Shown here: one piece after another, positions 39,939 through 50,061 of the stretch
Position numbering within the stretch: the stretch's first letter is position 1
Layout: every line of letters begins with the position of its first letter
Assembly: GCA_963815215.1 (NCBI GenBank)
Contig: CAWFFU010000011.1
Location: 192,001 to 256,000 of the forward strand
Direction of reading: 5' to 3'
Length of the DNA: 64,000 nucleotides
DNA from: an uncultured Trueperaceae bacterium
Lineage (GTDB): Bacteria > Deinococcota > Deinococci > Deinococcales > Trueperaceae
Program-made: the position numbers and the translations under genes
Notes under the pieces: model-generated
Databases searched by the model: none
The model's input: the letters and a program-made list of their open reading frames with translations, nothing else
What the model was told of the DNA's origin: nothing

Positions 39939-40245
39939 TGCCGACGTTCCCGTGACGGTTGAGGACCAGCAGGCAGAACAGGCCGCCCTCCAGCAGCCGC
40001 GCGTAGGCGACGCGCCGCTCGCTGGTGACGATCACCTCGTGCAACGGTCCGCCACCGAGATGTTCGCTGACGGTGCTCGAGAGCCCGCTCAGAGCGTTGG
40101 TGAGTTCGGCCACCACACCGGCGAGCTCGACGCTCTCCCGGGGCGACTGCTCGATCACCAGGCCGTCCATGCCGGCGACGGCGGCGGCCAGGCAACCGTC
40201 CACCCCATGAACGAGCTGCGCGAGTATCTCCTCCATGTCCTGCAC
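39883..40245 (-). CDS. Roadblock/LC7 (MglB-like) protein
   Basis: VDGCLAAAVAGMDGLVIE...GNVGKARL; leaderless TAGACT-N7-GTG. Confidence 0.85.
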   Translation of the reverse strand: MQDMEEILAQLVHGVDGCLAAAVAGMDGLVIEQSPRESVELAGVVAELTNALSGLSSTVSEHLGGGPLHEVIVTSERRVAYARLLEGGLFCLLVLNRHGNVGKARLLTGDAARKIEGSFA

Positions 40246-40377
40246 AGGCGGGAGTCTAGCACGCCACCGCAGTACGCTCCCGTTCAACCTTTCATAGTTG
40301 ATCGTTGGCCCCGCTCCGTGTCCACTCGGAGCCGCACCGCGAAGCTCGCGCTGCGCAGCCTCTGGTATCGTGACGCG

Positions 40378-41103
40378 ATGACACCGCTGCACGTTCGCGC
40401 CCGCCAGGACGACGTCGCCCCTTTCGTGCTGCTACCCGGCGACCCGGACCGGGCGCGGCGTATCGCGGAGCGTTTCTTCGACGACGCCCGCCCCATCAAC
40501 AGCTATCGCCAGCTGCTCGGCTTCAGCGGCCGCTACAAGGGCATGCCGGTGACCGTGCAGACCACGGGGATGGGCTGTCCGAGCCTGGCCATCGTGGTCG
40601 AGGAGTTGATCCAGCTCGGCGCCCGAACACTGGTGCGCGTTGGAACCTGCGGCGCCATCGCCAGCAGCATCGCTCCCGGCGACCTGGTGGTGGCCGTCTC
40701 GAGCACCCCCCGCGACGGCACCACCGCGATGTACCTCCACGGCCAGCCCTACGCTCCGACCGCAGATTTCACGGTCACACGCGCGCTGGTCGAGGCGGCC
40801 GAGGCCGCTGGCCGGCACCCTTTCGTCGGCATGATCCAGACCGAGGACGCCTTCTATGCCACCGCGCCCGACGACGTACCCGCCCTCGCGGCGAAGGGCG
40901 TGCTGGCCGTGGAGATGGAGGCCTCGGCCCTGTTCACCCTGGGGGCGTTGCGCGGTGTGCGCACGGGCTGCGCGCTGGTCGCCAGCAACGCCATCGGCGA
41001 CCCCAGCTTCGTGGGTCCCGACGTGCTCGGCCGCGCCGTCGACGCCATGGTGGAGACCGCTCTGGAAGCCGGGCTGGCGCTCAGCTTGCGCCAAGAGGCA
41101 TGA
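40378..41103 (+). CDS. deoD: Purine nucleoside phosphorylase (DeoD-type)
   Basis: LLPGDPDRA, GMGCPS, RVGTCG and VEMEAS motifs. Confidence 0.88.
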   Translation: MTPLHVRARQDDVAPFVLLPGDPDRARRIAERFFDDARPINSYRQLLGFSGRYKGMPVTVQTTGMGCPSLAIVVEELIQLGARTLVRVGTCGAIASSIAPGDLVVAVSSTPRDGTTAMYLHGQPYAPTADFTVTRALVEAAEAAGRHPFVGMIQTEDAFYATAPDDVPALAAKGVLAVEMEASALFTLGALRGVRTGCALVASNAIGDPSFVGPDVLGRAVDAMVETALEAGLALSLRQEA

Positions 41104-41194
41104 GGCAGGGACGGCAGATACGCCGTCAGTACGATCGTCGCTGCGTGCGGGGGGCAGGGCGCACGCCCGCCCTCGCGCTGGGAAAGGACAGGCC

Positions 41195-42037
41195 ATGAAC
41201 GTAGCCGTGATAGGAGCGGGAACGATGGGAGCCGGGATCGCGCAGACCTGTGCGGTGGCCGGCCACGACGTGGTGCTGAGCGACGTCGCTCCCGGCGCGC
41301 TGGACCGCGCCGAGCGATCGATCGCCTCCAGCCTCGGTCGGCTCGTGAAGAAGGAGGTGCTGGGCGAGCGCGAGTCCGAAGAGGCACGCGGCCGCATCGC
41401 CATGCGAGACCGCCTCGAGGGACTCGAGGAAGCCGGCGTCGTCATCGAAGCGGTGTACGAGTCGGTCGCCGTCAAACGCGACGTCTGGAGCCGGCTCGCC
41501 GCCGCCACCAGCGAGGGCGCCCTGCTGGCCACCAACACCTCCAGCCTTTCGGTCACCGAGGTGGCCGGCTTCAGCGGTCGACCGGAGCGCTTCTGTGGCC
41601 TGCACTTCTTCAACCCGGTGCCGATGATGGCGCTGGTCGAAGTCGTCCGTGGGTTGCGCTCGTCCGACGAGGCCGTCGAGCAGGCGCGCGCCTTCGCCGA
41701 GGGGATCGGCAAGACCCCCATCGTGTGCGAGGACAAGCCCGGCTTCATCGTCAATCGCCTCCTCGTCCCCTATCTCAACGACGCCGTGCACGCGCTCTCC
41801 GAGGGCGTCGCATCCGCCGAGGACATCGACCGTGCGATGAAGCTCGGCGCCAACATGCCCATCGGACCGCTGGCGCTCTCGGACCTGGTGGGGCTCGACG
41901 TCGGGTTGGCCGCGACCGAAGCGCTGTTCGCCGAGTTCGGTGACCCCAAGTATCGACCCGCGCCCCTCATGCGTCAGATGGTGCGCGCCGGGAAGCTCGG
42001 CCGCAAGAGCGGCGAGGGCTTCTTCCGCTACGATTGA
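41195..42037 (+). CDS. 3-hydroxybutyryl-CoA dehydrogenase
   Basis: GAGTMGAGIA, NTSSLS, GLHFFNPVP, PGFIVNR and GRKSGEGF motifs. Confidence 0.93.
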   Translation: MNVAVIGAGTMGAGIAQTCAVAGHDVVLSDVAPGALDRAERSIASSLGRLVKKEVLGERESEEARGRIAMRDRLEGLEEAGVVIEAVYESVAVKRDVWSRLAAATSEGALLATNTSSLSVTEVAGFSGRPERFCGLHFFNPVPMMALVEVVRGLRSSDEAVEQARAFAEGIGKTPIVCEDKPGFIVNRLLVPYLNDAVHALSEGVASAEDIDRAMKLGANMPIGPLALSDLVGLDVGLAATEALFAEFGDPKYRPAPLMRQMVRAGKLGRKSGEGFFRYD

Positions 42038-42074
42038 GAAGCACCACCGCCCTCTCCAACCACCGGAGGTCCGA

Positions 42075-42878
42075 ATGAGCGACCAGGAACCGTACGAGGA
42101 CGTCACCTTCGAGAACCTGCGCTACGAGGTGGACGACGGTATCGCCGTCCTGACCGTCGACCGCCAGGAAGCCCTCAACGCGCTCAACGACGAGGTGATC
42201 ACGGAGCTGGCGATCGCCTTCGAGATGGCCGAAGCCGACCTCGCGGTGCGCGCGCTGGTCCTGACCGGCGCCGGCCGCGCGTTCGTGGCGGGCGCGGACA
42301 TCGCCGCGCTGCAACGGCTGGCCGACACCTTCGCCGGCCGCGAGGCGTCGCTCGCCGGCCAGGACCTCGCCAACACCCTGGCGGCGCTCCCCATCCCCAC
42401 CATCGCCGCGCTCAACGGCTTCGCGCTCGGCGGCGGGCTAGAGCTGGCTCTCGCCGCCGACCTGCGGGTGGCGTCGCCCCACGCCCGGCTGGGCCTGCCC
42501 GAGGTCGGCTTGGGCCTCATCCCGGGCTACGGCGGGACGCAGCGGCTGCCGCGCCTGATCGGGCAAGGACGCGCTCTGGACCTCATCTTCACCGGCCGCC
42601 ACGTCGAGGCCGAGGAAGCGCTGGCCATGGGGCTCGTCAACCGCATCGCCGACGACGCCCTCCAAGGCGCCAAGGAACTGGCGCGCCTCACCATGCGCAA
42701 GGCGCCCATCGCGCTCGGCCTGGCCAAGGAGGCGGTGGTACGCGGCCTGGACGTGACCTTGAACCAGGGGCTGGAGATCGAGGCCGACCTGTTCGGCATG
42801 GCGGCCACCACGGAGGACATGAAGGAGGGCATCAGCGCGTTCCTGGAGAAGCGCGACCCGGACTTCAGCGGGCAGTGA
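42075..42878 (+). CDS. Enoyl-CoA hydratase (crotonase)
   Basis: AFVAGADI, GFALGGGLEL and PEVGLGLIPGYGGTQRL motifs. Confidence 0.93.
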   Translation: MSDQEPYEDVTFENLRYEVDDGIAVLTVDRQEALNALNDEVITELAIAFEMAEADLAVRALVLTGAGRAFVAGADIAALQRLADTFAGREASLAGQDLANTLAALPIPTIAALNGFALGGGLELALAADLRVASPHARLGLPEVGLGLIPGYGGTQRLPRLIGQGRALDLIFTGRHVEAEEALAMGLVNRIADDALQGAKELARLTMRKAPIALGLAKEAVVRGLDVTLNQGLEIEADLFGMAATTEDMKEGISAFLEKRDPDFSGQ

Positions 42879-42985
42879 TGCCCCACCCGTGACGCGCGGG
42901 CAGTGACGCGCGCGCGGTGGCGGCAGCGAGCACGTTGGGACGAGCGCGCGTTGAGTGCTGACGAGCCGGCGGCCGCTCCCCGGCC

Positions 42986-43849
42986 TCAGCCCGGGTACTG
43001 GCGCTCCAGGTGCTCGAGCGCCAGGCGATCGATGCGATCGTCGCGGGTGAGCCGCTCCTCGAGGTTCTCGGCGCCCGCCAGCGCGCGCAACGCGCGCGGC
43101 GCGGCGTCGTCCCAGCCGGCCGCGGCGGAGTGGCGCCCGGACCGCTCCAGCACCGCAAGCAGCCTGGCCAGCACCTCGCCCTCGAGCGGCAGAAGATCCT
43201 CGTCGCGCGGACGCTCGAAGTAGAGCTGGTGGAGTGCGAGCAGGTCCTGCAGGCGCGACACCGGGGTCTCGTGGTCGTCGACCCGCAGATCGATGTAGCG
43301 ATCGTTGAAGCCGCCGTACCCCCCCTCGGCCCGGACCACGAGCAGCGCCGCGCCCTGCCGGCCGCGCCGGTCGCCGCCTGCCGCGTCGCCGGCCGCCAGC
43401 GCGGCCAGCAGGCGCTCCGCCAGCGGGCCGTGGCCGGCCTCGAAGGTCTCGACCAACGCCTCGACCACCTCGGGTCCGGCCAGTAGGTTGCCCTGAGCGG
43501 CCAGGCCCGGGCGTGCCGTGCCACCGGCCCACGGGTGGCAGGCGTCGCCGGTGAAGCTCAGGCTCCGACCCGATGCGTCCACCAGGCCGTACTGGCGCAT
43601 GGCGTGCTGATCGTCGGTCGCCGCGAAGGACTCGTGGATCAGATCGATGGGGATCCCCGCCCGCAACGCGGCGATGGCCCGCGGCCCATAGCTGGTGTTG
43701 GCGTAGCTCTGGGTCGCGACGGCGCCGATTTCGGCCTCCGCGAACGGGACCACCGCACCCACGGCGAGGAACTTCGACGCCACGGCGATACCCAGATCGC
43801 CGCTGTCCGCATCGCGGGCCACGATGGAGAACGTGCTCACGGGTCGCAT
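42986..43849 (-). CDS. DUF1028 (Ntn-hydrolase-like) protein
   Basis: TFSIVARD, GAVATQS, AGGDRRGRQ and DLRVDDH motifs. Confidence 0.88.
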   Translation of the reverse strand: MRPVSTFSIVARDADSGDLGIAVASKFLAVGAVVPFAEAEIGAVATQSYANTSYGPRAIAALRAGIPIDLIHESFAATDDQHAMRQYGLVDASGRSLSFTGDACHPWAGGTARPGLAAQGNLLAGPEVVEALVETFEAGHGPLAERLLAALAAGDAAGGDRRGRQGAALLVVRAEGGYGGFNDRYIDLRVDDHETPVSRLQDLLALHQLYFERPRDEDLLPLEGEVLARLLAVLERSGRHSAAAGWDDAAPRALRALAGAENLEERLTRDDRIDRLALEHLERQYPG

Positions 43850-43923
43850 GCATGTCAGCCTACCACCCGTTCGTCACGGTGATCGGAGTGCTCGGCAAGC
43901 ATCCAGGCGGTAGACTCGTCGGC

Positions 43924-44967
43924 ATGGAAACTCTCGAACGCCTCTCGGAGCTGGCCGGCGTGCCCGGTCGCGAGGAGCGCGTGCGCGCCTTCATCGAGGA
44001 ACGCATCCGCGACCATGTCGACGCCCTGGAGACCGACGCGCTCGGCAACCTGCACGCGGTCAAGCGCAGCGCGCGGGCCGGAGCCAGAACCGTGATGGTC
44101 GCGGCGCACATGGACGAGATCGGCTTCGTGGTGCGCTTCATCGATGATCGCGGCTTCCTGCGCCTCCAGAACGTGGGCGGCTTCGATCCGCGCAACCTGT
44201 TCGCGCGTCAGGTCACGGTGCACGGCTCGCTCGTCGGGCGCGAGCTCGTCGGCGTCCTCAACCCGGCCGGCAAGCCCATCCACCTCTCCACCGCCGAGGA
44301 GCGCGCCAAGGTGCCGCAGCTCGACACCTTCTTCGTGGACCTGGGCCTCGACGCCGAGCGGGTGCGGGAGCAGGTGCGCGTCGGCGACATGGTGACGCTG
44401 CGTCAGCCCTTCGCCGACCTGGGCGACGTCGTCACGGGCAAGGCGCTGGACGACCGGGCGGGCTGCTGGATCCTGATGGAGGCGCTCGAGCGCGTGAAGG
44501 ATCCTGCCATGGAGCTGCACGCGGTCTTCACCGTGCAGGAAGAGGTCGGCCTACGCGGCGCCGGCACCGGCGCCTTCAAAGTCGCTCCCGACGTAGCGAT
44601 CGCGCTCGACACGACATTGGCCGTCGACACGCCCGACAGCCGCGACGACCTGCGCGTCACCGAGCTCGGCAAGGGCACCGCTATCAAGGTGATGGACAGC
44701 GCCAGCATCAGCACGCGCTGGCTCGTCGACGCGCTCATCGCCCTGGCCGAGCGCCGTGAAGTGCGCTACCAGCTCGAGGTGCTGCCGCTGGGCGGCACCG
44801 ACGCCGCGGCCATCCAGCGCTCGCGCGAAGGCGTTCCGTCGATCACCATCTCCACCCCGTCGCGCTACGTCCACACCGTCACGGAGATGGTCTCCAAGGC
44901 GGACCTCGAAGCCGCCGTCGCGCTGCTCACGGCCGCCATCGAAGAGGGGCTCGACGCCGCCGCGTGA
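43924..44967 (+). CDS. M42-family metallopeptidase
   Basis: AAHMDEIG, KALDDR, QEEVGLRG, GGTDA and RYVHT motifs. Confidence 0.92.
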   Translation: METLERLSELAGVPGREERVRAFIEERIRDHVDALETDALGNLHAVKRSARAGARTVMVAAHMDEIGFVVRFIDDRGFLRLQNVGGFDPRNLFARQVTVHGSLVGRELVGVLNPAGKPIHLSTAEERAKVPQLDTFFVDLGLDAERVREQVRVGDMVTLRQPFADLGDVVTGKALDDRAGCWILMEALERVKDPAMELHAVFTVQEEVGLRGAGTGAFKVAPDVAIALDTTLAVDTPDSRDDLRVTELGKGTAIKVMDSASISTRWLVDALIALAERREVRYQLEVLPLGGTDAAAIQRSREGVPSITISTPSRYVHTVTEMVSKADLEAAVALLTAAIEEGLDAAA

Positions 44968-45049
44968 GGCTCCCGGCCGGACGCCGAAGGGGGCGCCGTC
45001 CCCTACCGCCTACCGTGGCAGCGCCGGGACGCGGTGCTAGACTGACGCC

Positions 45050-45787
45050 GTGATCGTCGGCATCATCAGCGACGTCCACGCCAACGTCATCGCGCTGGAA
45101 GCGGTGCTCGAGCAGCTGAAGCTGCGTGGCGTGGAGACCGTTCTATGCCTCGGCGACCTGGTCGGCTACGGCCCGGCGCCCAACGAGACCATCGACCTGG
45201 TTCGCCGCGAGAGTGTGTTGTGCACGCTCGGAGCGGCGGACGAGCGCATCGCCTACGCCTTCGCCCGCCGTAAGCTGCCGCGTCGCGGCGTCGCCGACGA
45301 GATCCTGGAGTGGACGCGTGAGGTCATCGAGCCGCGTCACGTCCACTTCCTGCAGACACTGCCCGTTCAGCAACGCATCCACACTCCGGCCGGCCGCCTG
45401 CGGTTCTTCCACGGCAGCCCCGAGGACCCTTCCGAGACGCTCAACCTGAACCAGGACCCCATCTCGCTGTCGAAGATGCTGCAGCGCCACCGCTGCACCA
45501 TCCTCGCCAGCGGCTCCACGCACGTCCCGTTCTACCGGAAGCTCGCCAACGGGCTGGTGATCAACCCGGGCTCCGTGGGGCTCTCGCTCAACGGCGAGCC
45601 CGGCGCGGACTACGCCCTGCTCACCATCACCGAGGACACCATCGATGTGAAGATGGACAAGGTCGAGTACGACTTCGCCGCGGTCGCCTTCGACATCGTC
45701 GCGTGGGGCCTGCCGGCGATGGTGGCTGAAGCGATCCAGATGGGCCGCCTGCCGGAACCGATGGATTCCGAAGGCGAGGGCCACTGA
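45050..45787 (+). CDS. Calcineurin-like metallophosphoesterase with degenerate motifs
   Basis: SDVHAN, GDLVGYG, HGSP and NPGSVG present; GNHD is GAAD and GHTH is GSTH. Confidence 0.85.
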   Translation: MIVGIISDVHANVIALEAVLEQLKLRGVETVLCLGDLVGYGPAPNETIDLVRRESVLCTLGAADERIAYAFARRKLPRRGVADEILEWTREVIEPRHVHFLQTLPVQQRIHTPAGRLRFFHGSPEDPSETLNLNQDPISLSKMLQRHRCTILASGSTHVPFYRKLANGLVINPGSVGLSLNGEPGADYALLTITEDTIDVKMDKVEYDFAAVAFDIVAWGLPAMVAEAIQMGRLPEPMDSEGEGH

Positions 45788-45799
45788 GCCGCACTCTGC

Positions 45800-46975
45800 T
45801 CAGGCGATCTCGATCCCCATCGCCAGCGCTTCGCCCCCGCCGATGCAGATCGACGCCATGCCGCGCCGTCCGCCGCCACGCTTCAAGGCGCTCAGCAGCG
45901 TCACCAGGATGCGGGCGCCCGAGGCCCCGATGGGGTGGCCGAGCGCTACGGCCCCACCGAGGACGTTGACCCGATCCTCGTCCAATCCGAACTCCTGGAT
46001 GGCCGCCATCGGCACCACGCTGAACGCCTCGTTGATCTCGTAGGCGTCGACGCTGTCCGGCGTCCAATCGAGGCGGGCGAAGAGCTTGCTCATCGCCTCG
46101 ACCGGGGCGACGGTGAACCATTCCGGATCGAGCGCGTGCCCACTGTAGCCGCGGATGTGCGCCAGCACCGGCATCCCGCGCTCCCTGGCGATCTCCTCGC
46201 TGGTGACGACCAGCGCCGCGGCACCGTCGTTGAGAGTCGAAGCGTTCGCCGCCGTGACGGTACCGTCCTTGTCGAAGGCGGGCCGCAGGCCGGGCACCTT
46301 GTCGAAGTCGACCTTGGTCGGGCCCTCGTCCTCGCTCACGGTGGTGACGGCGCCGCGCCGGCCCGGGACGTCGACGGCAACGATCTCCCCGGCGAAGGTG
46401 CCGTCGGTCATGGCGGCCTGAGCGCGCCGGTAGGAGCGCACGGCGTAGGCGTCCTGCTGCTCGCGGCTGAAGTGGTAGCGGCCGGCGCACAGCTCGGCGC
46501 ACGCACCCATGTGGCGGTCGCTGTAGACGTCCCATAGCCCGTCGAACACCATCGAGTCGATCAGGCTCTGGTTGCCCATGCGCAGCCCGCCGCGGGCGCC
46601 GGGGAGCAGGTAGGGGGCGTTGGTCATCGATTCCATGCCGCCGGCCACCACCACCTCGGCATCGCCCACGGCCACCGCCCTGGACGCCTGGATGACCGCT
46701 TCCAGACCGCTGCCGCACATCTTGTTGAGGGTGACCGCCGGCGTGCCCTGGCTCAGGCCGGCATACAGGGCGGCCTGGCGCGCGGGCGCCTGGCCCATCC
46801 CGGCGGGCAACACGTTGCCCATCAACACCAGGTCGACGGTATCGGCCTCGATCCCTGCACGCTCCACCGACGCGCGCACGGCCGCGGCCCCGATCTGCGA
46901 GGCCTTGAGCGGCGAGAGGGCGCCCTGGAAGGCGCCCACCGGCGTGCGTACGGCGGATGCGATGACGATTCCCAT
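45800..46975 (-). CDS. Acetyl-CoA C-acetyltransferase (thiolase)
   Basis: NKMCGSG, GGMESM, NEAF, GHPIGASG and CIGGG motifs. Confidence 0.95.
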   Translation of the reverse strand: MGIVIASAVRTPVGAFQGALSPLKASQIGAAAVRASVERAGIEADTVDLVLMGNVLPAGMGQAPARQAALYAGLSQGTPAVTLNKMCGSGLEAVIQASRAVAVGDAEVVVAGGMESMTNAPYLLPGARGGLRMGNQSLIDSMVFDGLWDVYSDRHMGACAELCAGRYHFSREQQDAYAVRSYRRAQAAMTDGTFAGEIVAVDVPGRRGAVTTVSEDEGPTKVDFDKVPGLRPAFDKDGTVTAANASTLNDGAAALVVTSEEIARERGMPVLAHIRGYSGHALDPEWFTVAPVEAMSKLFARLDWTPDSVDAYEINEAFSVVPMAAIQEFGLDEDRVNVLGGAVALGHPIGASGARILVTLLSALKRGGGRRGMASICIGGGEALAMGIEIA

Positions 46976-47128
46976 GCTTGACCTCCAACGTCCGGCGTCG
47001 GACCCGACATCGGCCACTGCGCCGGTCTCGACTCCCAGTATAGGAAGGGCCGGCCTCCCGCCCGGGCCGCCGCGGACCGCTTGCCGACACTGCGGGGGCG
47101 GGGCTCGGGACCCGCGCTGGCGCACGCC

Positions 47129-47983
47129 TCAGCGCCGGAAGGTAACGGTGGCGCGAACGCCCTGCCAGCCGATGGTGATCGGACGATAGAGGTCGAACCA
47201 GGACGGCAGCAGCAGGACCGCGGCCGCCGGCGCATCGGGACCGACGCGACTGCTGGACCCCTGCACCATACGCATGCGGTAGGGGTAGCGCACCACGAGG
47301 CTTCGCCCCCCCTGCTCCAGCGTGAACGACGCTTCCCAGGTGCCGGCCTCCAACGACGACACCAGCACCAGCAGCGGTTTGTCGCTCCCGATGCGCTCGA
47401 GCGCGCCGTCGATGGCGTCACGCTGGGCCGGCTCGATCAGGGGCAGCAGGTCTAGATCGGCGATCGCCACCGCGACGCCGTCACCTCCGGAAGCGTTGGC
47501 CGCGAACAGCCGCAGGGCGGGCACGCCGTGGCCGAGATCGTCGATCTCGCTGCGACCGTCGCTCCCCGCCACCGGCGGCGCCGGCACCTGCAGCGTCAGG
47601 GTGCGCCCGTCCCGCAGGCGCAGCACGTCACCCTCCAGGCGTATGCCCAGCGTGTCGAGCGCGTCCGCCGGGAGGTACCAGGCGCCGTCGCGAAACAGCG
47701 CGGGCGCCGACAGGTTGAGATTCACCGAGCTCGCCGCCCCCGTAGCCTGCCACAGAGCATCGGGCGACCCCGCGAAGACGGTGAGCGTGCCCGTCGCGGC
47801 GCGCCAGGTCAGGCTTCCCTCCCCCGCCGTCAGGATGTCGCCCAGCGACCGGGCCACCGGAGCGGCCGGCGTGTAGAGCACGCCGGCCACCCGGATCGCG
47901 GACACGGGATCGGCCTGCGCGACGCCGAACGCCGCGCCCGCCAGCAACGCCAGCACGAGGGAAGCGAGCCGGAACGGGCCCAC
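47129..47983 (-). CDS. Exported hypothetical protein
   Basis: Signal peptide (LASLVLALLAGAAFGVAQA); host-like codon usage. Confidence 0.6.
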   Translation of the reverse strand: MGPFRLASLVLALLAGAAFGVAQADPVSAIRVAGVLYTPAAPVARSLGDILTAGEGSLTWRAATGTLTVFAGSPDALWQATGAASSVNLNLSAPALFRDGAWYLPADALDTLGIRLEGDVLRLRDGRTLTLQVPAPPVAGSDGRSEIDDLGHGVPALRLFAANASGGDGVAVAIADLDLLPLIEPAQRDAIDGALERIGSDKPLLVLVSSLEAGTWEASFTLEQGGRSLVVRYPYRMRMVQGSSSRVGPDAPAAAVLLLPSWFDLYRPITIGWQGVRATVTFRR

Positions 47984-48080
47984 GTCAGCGAGCGTAGCAC
48001 GCGCCCGAGACGGCCTCCCACCGCGCCAGGAGGTGCCCCCGTGGGGCGTGCCGCGGCCGCTGCCGCCGGCGTCGATGCGC

Positions 48081-48300
48081 TAGAATAGGGGCCTGTGAGC
48101 ATCGTTCGAACCTCACCGGGCACGGGCGGCGGTCTCCTCTGAGACGCGGCACGGCCACCTTGCGAGCCCCCCACTCGACAACCTTCGCCGGCCGGGTTCC
48201 GGTCGTACCCCCTGCGCCAAGTGGCTGGGGCCGGACGGGCTCAGCTACCGGCCGTCACGGCGCGCCGACGCTCGACGCCCTCGAGGAAGGGAGCCGCCGC
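48081..48300 (+). other. Promoter (-10 TAGAAT) and ~200-nt structured leader or ncRNA upstream of hflX
   Basis: Long-range complementarity TGAGC..TCGTTCG / CGGACGG..GCTCA, GGCACGG/CTGCGCC and ACGGCC/GGTCGT; possible uORF 48095-48142. Confidence 0.35.
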
Positions 48301-48301
48301 C

Positions 48302-50005
48302 ATCGACAAGGTCCACGGTAAGCTCTCCGGCCTGAAGGTCGGACAGGTCAAACGCCTGGGGAACCTCTACCGGCGGCGCGTCCCTCCGGACGCAGTCGTC
48401 ACTCAAGAGTTGGCGCGGGCGTTGACGGAGCTCAGCGCCGATCTCGGCCGGCAGGTGAGCGTGCTGGTGGACCGGCGCGGCCGGGTGGTCACGGTAGCCG
48501 CAGGCGACGCCGCCGATACGCCGTTGCCACCGCCATCGGGGGAGGCCGCGTCGCGGCTGTACGGGTTGCGGCTCGTCCACACCCACCTCAAACCCGTCGG
48601 CCTCAGCGGTGACGACCTGACCACGCTGTTCCTCAACCGTCTGGACGCCATCGTGGCGGTGGAAGCGAGGAGCGACGGGCTCCCGGGGCAGGCGCACATG
48701 GCACAGGTCGCCCCCCCGACGAGCGCGGAGGAGGACTGGATCCTCGAACCGCCGATGACCGTTCCCGAGCTCGAGCGCATCGACTTCGGCGAGCGCCTAC
48801 GGGCGCTCGAGGAGGAGCTGGCACGCCAGGTCCGCGCCCGCGAGGTCACGCGCAGCAGCGCCGAACGCGCCGTGCTGGTGGGGCTGGAGTCGGGCGAAGG
48901 GCTGCTGGAGGCCGAGTCGCGCCTGGAGGAGCTGGCGGAACTGGTCCGGAGCGCCGGCGCGACGGTAGCCTGGAGCAGCCTCCAGCAACGCCACCACGCC
49001 GACCACAAGACGGTGATCGGCCGCGGCAAACTCAATGAGCTGGTCTCCAAGGCCTACCACGAGGACGCCGATCTGCTGGTCTTCGATCGCGAGCTCTCCC
49101 CCGCCCAGGCCCGCGAGATCGAGGGCCTCACCCAGCTCAAGGTGCTGGACCGGACCCAGGTCATCCTCGATATCTTCGCCCAGAACGCGCGCGGCCGCGA
49201 GGCACAGGTGCAGGTCGAGCTGGCGCAGCTGCAGTACCAGCTCCCGCGGCTCGCGGGCCGCGGTCGCGCGATGAGCCGGCTCGGCGGCGGGATCGGCACG
49301 CGGGGGCCCGGCGAGACCAAGCTCGAGGTCGACCGGCGCCGCATCCGCGACCGCATCGCCAGCCTCGAGAAGGCCGTCGACGAGATCAGCCAACGCCGCA
49401 CCGAAACCCGCAAGAGCCGCACCGGGTCGAACACCCCGGTCATCGCCCTGGTCGGTTACACCAACGCCGGCAAGTCGACGCTGTTCAACGCCCTGGCGAA
49501 GTCCGACGCCGTCAGTCGCAACCGCCTGTTCGCCACGCTGCGGCCGACGACGCGCGAGGGCTGGCTGCCAACGCTCGGCCAGTGGGGCGGCAAGGCGTTG
49601 TTCACCGACACGGTGGGGTTCATCCGCGACCTCCCCGAGGAGCTGGTCAACGCCTTCCGAGCCACCCTGGAGGAGCTGCACGACGCCGACCTCTTGCTCC
49701 ACGTGGTCGACGCGGCGGCACCCGGCGCGCCGGAGCGAGTCGACGCGGTTCAGCGCATCCTCGACGAGCTCGGCCTGGAGCCTCCTCGCCGCGTAGTGCT
49801 GAACAAGATCGACACCGCGGACCGGCAGGTGCTCGATGAGCTGGTGCGACGTTTCGACGCCACCGGTGTCTCGGCGCGGACCGGCGAGGGGCTCGACTCG
49901 CTCAAGGCGTCGCTGGCGTGCGCGCTCGAGGGCGATGGTGGGACGGTCCTCCCCGAGGACGCGGCGCTCGCCTTCGGCCTGGCCGGCGTCCGGCAAGGCG
50001 ACTGA
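48302..50005 (+). CDS. hflX: GTPase HflX, long form; probable ATC start codon
   Basis: LDRTQVILDIFA, GIGTRGPGETKLE, GYTNAGKS, LFATL, DTVGFI and NKID motifs; RBS GGAAGGGAG 8 nt before ATC. Confidence 0.93.
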   Translation: MDKVHGKLSGLKVGQVKRLGNLYRRRVPPDAVVTQELARALTELSADLGRQVSVLVDRRGRVVTVAAGDAADTPLPPPSGEAASRLYGLRLVHTHLKPVGLSGDDLTTLFLNRLDAIVAVEARSDGLPGQAHMAQVAPPTSAEEDWILEPPMTVPELERIDFGERLRALEEELARQVRAREVTRSSAERAVLVGLESGEGLLEAESRLEELAELVRSAGATVAWSSLQQRHHADHKTVIGRGKLNELVSKAYHEDADLLVFDRELSPAQAREIEGLTQLKVLDRTQVILDIFAQNARGREAQVQVELAQLQYQLPRLAGRGRAMSRLGGGIGTRGPGETKLEVDRRRIRDRIASLEKAVDEISQRRTETRKSRTGSNTPVIALVGYTNAGKSTLFNALAKSDAVSRNRLFATLRPTTREGWLPTLGQWGGKALFTDTVGFIRDLPEELVNAFRATLEELHDADLLLHVVDAAAPGAPERVDAVQRILDELGLEPPRRVVLNKIDTADRQVLDELVRRFDATGVSARTGEGLDSLKASLACALEGDGGTVLPEDAALAFGLAGVRQGD

Positions 50006-50061
50006 GGGGCGCACGGACCCGCTCGCAGCGAACGGTACGCGCCCGGCAGTACCATGGGCCC

